Positions 58,864 to 64,000 of a stretch of 64,000 bases of DNA are shown here, one piece after another. The position numbers were made by a program, and so were the translations under genes. The notes beneath the pieces are model-generated. The model worked only from the letters and a program-made list of their open reading frames with translations, was not told the origin of the DNA and ran no database searches. Position 1 is the first letter of the stretch; every line of letters starts with the position of its first letter. Source of the DNA: Candidatus Pelearchaeum maunauluense. Lineage in GTDB: Archaea; Thermoproteota; Nitrososphaeria_A; Caldarchaeales; Caldarchaeaceae. The stretch is from contig JANVYQ010000002.1 in NCBI GenBank assembly GCA_030059675.1, positions 175,184 to 239,183 on the forward strand, in the 5' to 3' direction.

Positions 58864-59892
58864 ATGCGTATGGATAAGCTCGTTCTGGTTTTGGCCACAT
58901 TTGCGCTGGCTGCAGGGCTATACGTAAGCAACATACAGATAGGGGTGACGCTGGGACAGGAGCTGGGGCTGACCGCAAAATACGTTGATGGGCAGCTACC
59001 AATAACTTCTCCCGACTCAACCATCTGGGGAGAGGTTGAGGCCAAGGAAGTAGAGTTAGGGCCGCAGCTCACGGCAGCGCCTTGGATTCACCCAAAGCCT
59101 AGCATTAGGTCGCTTCGCGTGAGGGTAATACACAACGGGACCTGGGTCTCGTTCCTACTTGAGTGGAATGACGCAACGAAAGATGATAAGATGCTAACCG
59201 ATACATTCAGGGATTCTGCTGCCGTCATGCTGGCGCTGCAGCCTGGCGCTGGACAATGCATGGGGACGCCTACCGCTGAGGTCGTTATAGCTCACTGGAA
59301 GGCAGACTGGCAACGTGATGTTAATGAGGTTTTCACAGACATATCCGAGCTATATCCCAACTTCTGGAGCGACTGGTATCCCTTCGCCGTAGGCGACCCG
59401 CCATACACGCTGCCCAACCTAATGAATCTCTCTACGGCTAAGGAGTATTTCGCTGGCTGGTATGTGGGTAATCCCCTCTCAACGCCGCTGAAGCTCACAC
59501 CTGTTGAGACGCTGGTGGCACATGGCTGGGGAACATTAACCACATACGCATTCCAGAGCTTCATAGGCCGCGGAATACATGATGGGGCTAAGTGGAGTGT
59601 CGTCATATCGCGGCCAATCTCACCAGGCCAGGCCGACCCGCCCTGGGGAGATGGAGGGCCTGTTGAGGTTGTCTCTGCTGTCTGAGACGGCTCCAACGGT
59701 GAGGTCGGCGCCAAGAAGGGAGTATCTCTTCCGATGCCGTTGAGTCTGGAGAAGCCAGCAAAGGTGGAAGTAGCTCCGCCAGCTCAGAACCAGGCGCTGA
59801 TAATCATAGCCATAGTAGCGTCGGTGATGGCGTTCCTCACAATCGGAATAATACTGCCTGGAAGAAAGAAGAAGCGAGGTAGTGCAGAATGA
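58864..59892 (+). pseudogene. Heme b gamma subunit (EbdC/NxrC-like) with an in-frame TGA
   Basis: FRDSAAV, CMG, HWKADWQ and AV*DGSNGEVGAKK (TGA at 59683). The frame continues to a TM anchor and an ATGA overlap with the next gene. Confidence 0.82.
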
Positions 59893-60557
59893 ATAATCAA
59901 CAGCTCTACATAAGCAAAGCCCTCGAAAGAGCCTACACATATAAAATCCTATCCATCATTTATTCTCCCACAAATCTAAACGAGAACTTGAAAAATCTAA
60001 CAAATGCTGTACATGAGTCATTAGGAGATTTGAACGGAGGCTTACGGGAGATTGTGGAAGCTGTTAATGATGTTTGTAGGGTTGGTAAAGCGGGATTACT
60101 TGAGGAGCTGTTTGGAGAGATGAAAAAGTTTGAGCCGCTGGAGAGAAAACTGGTTCCAGGCGTTGCGATAGGGCCGACCCTCGCAGATATAGCAGGATTT
60201 TACGCCGCTTTCGGCATGCAGCTAACCAAGGATATACCGATGGATCATCTTGCGGTGGAGATGGAGTTTATGGCCCACCTGGCCCTTAGGGAAGCATACG
60301 CAGTATTGCATAGGAATGAGGAGATGTTTGATACCGTGGTTGATGCTCAGAGGAAATTCTTAAGGGACCATCTTAGCAGGACTGCAGCATATATAAGGGC
60401 TTTAAATAATGTTAATGTTTCCGAGTTAGATAAACTCGCGAAGCTATGTGTGTCTTTTATCAATGAAGAGTTGAGACGATTTGAGATACCTGAAATAGCG
60501 TTGGAACTGTGCATGGAGGCGAGTCCAGAAGATGAGGTTAGGTGTCCGTTCTCTTAA
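59889..60557 (+). CDS. TorD/DmsD-family molybdoenzyme chaperone
   Basis: LADIAGFYAAFG, DHLAVEMEFMAHL and FLRDHL. Confidence 0.88.
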   Translation: MNNQQLYISKALERAYTYKILSIIYSPTNLNENLKNLTNAVHESLGDLNGGLREIVEAVNDVCRVGKAGLLEELFGEMKKFEPLERKLVPGVAIGPTLADIAGFYAAFGMQLTKDIPMDHLAVEMEFMAHLALREAYAVLHRNEEMFDTVVDAQRKFLRDHLSRTAAYIRALNNVNVSELDKLAKLCVSFINEELRRFEIPEIALELCMEASPEDEVRCPFS

Positions 60558-60590
60558 TATCCTCAGTCAGCTACTCCCTATTATTTCGCA

Positions 60591-61457
60591 GTGGCCGTGA
60601 TAGAGCTTTTTACAGCACACATAATGGGGAGAATACCATTTCTATTCGCTGGGAACGACGTGGTAAGAGTCTTGTATAAGGCTGGCCTCTTCGCCATCAG
60701 AGTTAATACACTACTCGTTTTTGCTTCTCTAATTCTGCTCGCATTAACGCTAACACACATAAACATTTTCACATGTAGCATATCTTTACCCTTGATAGCT
60801 ATAGTTCCAATTGCTTTGTTCCTACCTTATTATACCTATCCAACCGCATTACTACTGGTCTTAACATCATTTTTACTTCTCATAAAAATGACTAAACGAG
60901 AAGCTATTATGAAAGACCTCTCAGTTTTCGCGCCTATCTCGTTAGCGTTTATATTAACATTGTCTAACATGCTATTCATTAACCATTCCATAATGCGGCT
61001 TCTTGCAGAAATATCTACAATCATAGCCAGTATAGCTCTCTTCCTTCGTTTCAACAAACAAGGCTCCCTTAGTTTTTCATCAAAACTGATCAGCATAGGA
61101 ATACCTGCCATAATATTGATTGCACCAAAATACACCATTCCAGTAATGCCTTGGACCATCAGACAAGTAGCATCGTTCTCGCTCGGTTTTCTCCCATACT
61201 TACCGTTGGAGATATACGCGGCATCCTTAGCCTTACTGCTATTAACGTTCTTCAGAGTAAAGCAACCCATGATAAAATATGGTATTATGATGCTCTTTTT
61301 GGGAGACCTGCCACACTGGGATATCTATCCACTACTATCACTTCTGGGATACTACCTAATATCCTACGGGTTAGCTATTGGTGGAGTTGAAGAAGTGTAT
61401 GCTTCTCCTCAATTTCTCGATACCCATCCAAAAGTTCTATCGAATCGACGTTCTTAA
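60591..61457 (+). CDS. Hypothetical polytopic membrane protein
   Basis: Many hydrophobic helices; follows the chaperone. Confidence 0.6.
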   Translation: MAVIELFTAHIMGRIPFLFAGNDVVRVLYKAGLFAIRVNTLLVFASLILLALTLTHINIFTCSISLPLIAIVPIALFLPYYTYPTALLLVLTSFLLLIKMTKREAIMKDLSVFAPISLAFILTLSNMLFINHSIMRLLAEISTIIASIALFLRFNKQGSLSFSSKLISIGIPAIILIAPKYTIPVMPWTIRQVASFSLGFLPYLPLEIYAASLALLLLTFFRVKQPMIKYGIMMLFLGDLPHWDIYPLLSLLGYYLISYGLAIGGVEEVYASPQFLDTHPKVLSNRRS

Positions 61458-62085
61458 AGTATTGATTGAGTATCTTCTTTAATCTTTTTCTGATTTCCTC
61501 GCTGAGGGTTGCTGGAGAGAGGTCGAAGAGGTCTGCTAGATGCTTTAAATTCACTCTCTTAAGGTAGTCAAAGTATCCTAGGTCTAGAACCACCTTAACT
61601 GCGAGCTCTTGTTTTCCTGTAATTTGGTTTCCTCCTTTCAGTGTGCTGAGCTCTACTACTCTGTAGAGAACCCCGTTGTCGGTTAGCTTCTGCATTATTC
61701 TCCTACAATCCGCGTTGCTCCCCACAAAATGCCAATAAACCTCTCCATTGACGCCTGAGGTTATGCAGCGCAAAAAGGCACAATTTATCTTCTTCAACAG
61801 GCATTTGGATGAACAGACCGCTCTGCCGCTGCCATAAATTCTATCACGACCAAACTTAACAAGTCTGACATCCCTCAATATCTGCTCTTTCTCGAGCTCC
61901 CTGCATATATTATCAGAGTTTTGCGCGGATATTATCTCGAAGAGATAATAGGTCTCGTCATTATTCCCATTCATCTCTACCTGCATAACCTTAACAAAGC
62001 TTCCCCTAAACTTCTGGATAAGTCGTGAAATCCAAAAACCATTATTAGATGTTAATGCTATTGTGAGGCTCATTAGGCTGGTCAT
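61375..62085 (-). CDS. Bat/HTH_10-family transcriptional regulator
   Basis: C-terminal ITGKQE..LGYFDY..NLKHLADLFDLSPATLSEEIR. Confidence 0.8.
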   Translation of the reverse strand: MTSLMSLTIALTSNNGFWISRLIQKFRGSFVKVMQVEMNGNNDETYYLFEIISAQNSDNICRELEKEQILRDVRLVKFGRDRIYGSGRAVCSSKCLLKKINCAFLRCITSGVNGEVYWHFVGSNADCRRIMQKLTDNGVLYRVVELSTLKGGNQITGKQELAVKVVLDLGYFDYLKRVNLKHLADLFDLSPATLSEEIRKRLKKILNQYFKNVDSIELLDGYREIEEKHTLLQLHQ

Positions 62086-62191
62086 GTGTTTTCGTCCTGT
62101 CAATCGCTGGTTGATGTATTGAAACCATTATGTATATGTGTATTAATCTGCATACAATTGCATACAATGATATTCTACTAAAAATAGTCCC

Positions 62192-62965
62192 TTAGAAACC
62201 ATGTTGAGCTATTTTCTCAAGCCGTTGCAGTATTATTAACACCATATTGCGTAAATTTGCTTGATTATCAAACTTTTCAGTTATATGTCTTATTTCTTCT
62301 AGTGGTAGATTTTTCAGCTTTTCGCATTCTTTTACCAGATTGGGTATTGCTCGTATTATGTTATCTACTATTGTGGTGGTTGCGTATCTTGCTGTTCTTG
62401 AGAATGGGTTGATGTCTATCGCTATGACTTTCTTCCCCATTTTTATAAGCGATTCTGTTCTATCGCCATCCTCCAAGGCCACTAACACTGTATCGGCTGT
62501 ATATATCCCTCTAGAGCTTACTTTCCTTCTCAGACTAGATATGTCGGGTATTATTGCTTTAGCGTCTTCGCCTACGCCAAGTATATCGTCTGCTCCTTCT
62601 TCTTGCAGAAGTTCTAATATGCGTTCTTCCCTCTCTCTACTTCTGTGAAAGAGATTTATCTCAAGTTTAGCATTGGATATTCGGGATAGCTTTATCAGTT
62701 CGGATGCGGCTAGAGCTGCTGAATTTCCATTAACAGATATTACTGGATTTTGCGAGACTAGGAGTAGAGCTGCGGCAGCTTTAGTAGCTTCACGCGCGGG
62801 TGGGTGTGTTTCTTCACCGAGTATATAATCAAAAGCCTCGCCCCGCCCATGCGCTATAAGCCCCTGAGGAACAACTATCCCATTCCTAAAACCTCTAACT
62901 AGACGCTCACGTATAACTAGCGACCAGTACCTTGGATGGTCTGGAGGAATTGTTTCTTCATCCAT
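62192..62965 (-). CDS. 4-phosphopantoate--beta-alanine ligase (PPS)
   Basis: IPPDHPRY, IAHGRGEAFDY, SVNGN and LEDGDRTE. Confidence 0.93.
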   Translation of the reverse strand: MDEETIPPDHPRYWSLVIRERLVRGFRNGIVVPQGLIAHGRGEAFDYILGEETHPPAREATKAAAALLLVSQNPVISVNGNSAALAASELIKLSRISNAKLEINLFHRSREREERILELLQEEGADDILGVGEDAKAIIPDISSLRRKVSSRGIYTADTVLVALEDGDRTESLIKMGKKVIAIDINPFSRTARYATTTIVDNIIRAIPNLVKECEKLKNLPLEEIRHITEKFDNQANLRNMVLIILQRLEKIAQHGF

Positions 62966-63810
62966 ATTCCACCACCTGGCGTGAATAAGCGAGAGTTTCC
63001 AAAACTATCATTTACGTAACTGGCAACATCGTATGCCATGTCTTCATCTACTGCTATGAAAAGAACTCGTTTCTTGACGCTTGCTCCTATGATTTTAGAA
63101 TTTATCGGTTTTAGGGCCTCTTCTATATTGTGGTTTAAGAAGCCTACTTTACTGGCAAACCAGCGTGAGGTATTTAGGAAATTTTCCAGTGTAGGGTCCT
63201 TCATGAATTTTCCGAATGCAAGTTTTCCATACATGGCTATTTTCTCAGAATATTTGGTTAGCATGCTTGTTGTTTCCATTCTTCCCAGGTCTGCGGTTAT
63301 TATGGCCAGTTTTCTGTGTGTTGGTATGTTTTTTACTTCTCCAAACCTTGGAGCGCCTGGTCTAGTTCTAACGGTAAGCCCATTACCGTAGAATATTGCA
63401 GGCACGTCTCCCAGGCCAGTGAGGCTCAACACCTCTGCTTTATGCGCTTCTTTTGCAGCTTCTAGGGTGGTCCAGCTATTTGATGCGAATGCTGCGCCGA
63501 GTGAAGCGCACGCGCTTAAGGCATAGCCAGCTCCTATTGGAACTGGTGTTCTAATCTCAAGCCTTATGGGCGGTAGCTGTGTAAGGATAAGCCACGCAGG
63601 CCTAATGGTACAATACTCATCATTAACAACTATGGCCCTCTCGCATGAGGGTAGAGCGTTGCATATTATGCCAGGGGTTAAGACTAGGCCCGCGCCGATG
63701 GAGCCTGTATGCAACGGGCCGGTTCCATAATAGGGGGCGAAAAATCCAGTTATGTGGAGGGGGATGCTTACGATGGTCTGGCCAACGTCGTAATAGCTTT
63801 CTCTATGCAC
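62917..63810 (-). CDS. Pantoate kinase (GHMP family, PoK)
   Basis: PLHITGFF, GSIGAG, PIGAGYALS and TGLGDV; adjacent to PPS. Confidence 0.88.
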   Translation of the reverse strand: MHRESYYDVGQTIVSIPLHITGFFAPYYGTGPLHTGSIGAGLVLTPGIICNALPSCERAIVVNDEYCTIRPAWLILTQLPPIRLEIRTPVPIGAGYALSACASLGAAFASNSWTTLEAAKEAHKAEVLSLTGLGDVPAIFYGNGLTVRTRPGAPRFGEVKNIPTHRKLAIITADLGRMETTSMLTKYSEKIAMYGKLAFGKFMKDPTLENFLNTSRWFASKVGFLNHNIEEALKPINSKIIGASVKKRVLFIAVDEDMAYDVASYVNDSFGNSRLFTPGGGIWMKKQFLQTIQGTGR

Positions 63811-64000
63811 GTATGTTCCGGAAAATTACGAAGAATTAAACCAAATCTACATAGACTCCTTACTTTATTTATATCCAACAAACACATACACAGTTTATTA
63901 CAGAAAGATAAGCCTCATTATAATGTGCAATTAAACGCTTTAGACAACACTTTATTAATGGCTGGAAAGACTAGAGCGGCAGACCAACTATGGATGATGC

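Noticed and set aside
36-59685. Genome-wide stop-codon reassignment (Pyl, Sec or TGA=Trp)
   Set aside because: TAG and TGA terminate many intact genes. Internal stops include all three codons and co-occur with frameshifts and deletions.
55975-62103. tRNA-Gln as the integration site of a NAR/NXR island
   Set aside because: I saw no duplicated tRNA end and no integrase in the window.
1-64000. CRISPR array or rRNA genes
   Set aside because: I saw no regularly spaced repeats or rRNA-like sequence.
63958-64000. Start of a gene divergent from pantoate kinase (possibly panB)
   Set aside because: Only 14 codons are visible, too few to assign.

Overview
This is archaeal chromosomal DNA from a TACK lineage. 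The gene set (rps30e, TFE-beta, GINS23, DnaK/DnaJ/GrpE, Smc-ScpAB, PoK/PPS) best fits Caldarchaeales/'Aigarchaeota' or another Nitrososphaeria relative; this placement is inferred. Most of the window is intact housekeeping genes: rnz, trm11, prs, alaX, hel308, mcm, gins23, thrC, rfcL/rfcS, dnaKJ-grpE, uppS, smc, rps8e, srp19, gar1, tfb, rlmE, trm1, rnhB, flpA, nop5 and rps30e. Decaying loci are interspersed. They comprise a cluster of pseudogene fragments (1-2267), a GvpD/KaiC-like ATPase pseudogene, a frameshifted scpA, and a Nitrospira/anammox-type NXR/NAR-like operon with a large internal deletion and Trp-to-TGA stops. An orc1/cdc6 gene is also inactivated by stops, frameshifts and a ~2.2-kb mosaic insertion that contains an IS110 remnant with a candidate bridge RNA. 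Features absent from the ORF track include tRNA-Gln(CTG) with two introns, two box C/D guide sRNAs (one predicted to direct Cm34 of tRNA-Leu(CAA)), srp19 with a probable CTG start, a DUF3227-like gene and a 48-aa ORF. The best candidates for undescribed systems are an SPPY-type DNA methyltransferase coupled to a multi-winged-helix protein with no visible nuclease (in DNA that strongly avoids GATC), and a small ORF/degenerate ParB-domain/phosphatase trio. All calls were made by eye, without database searches.
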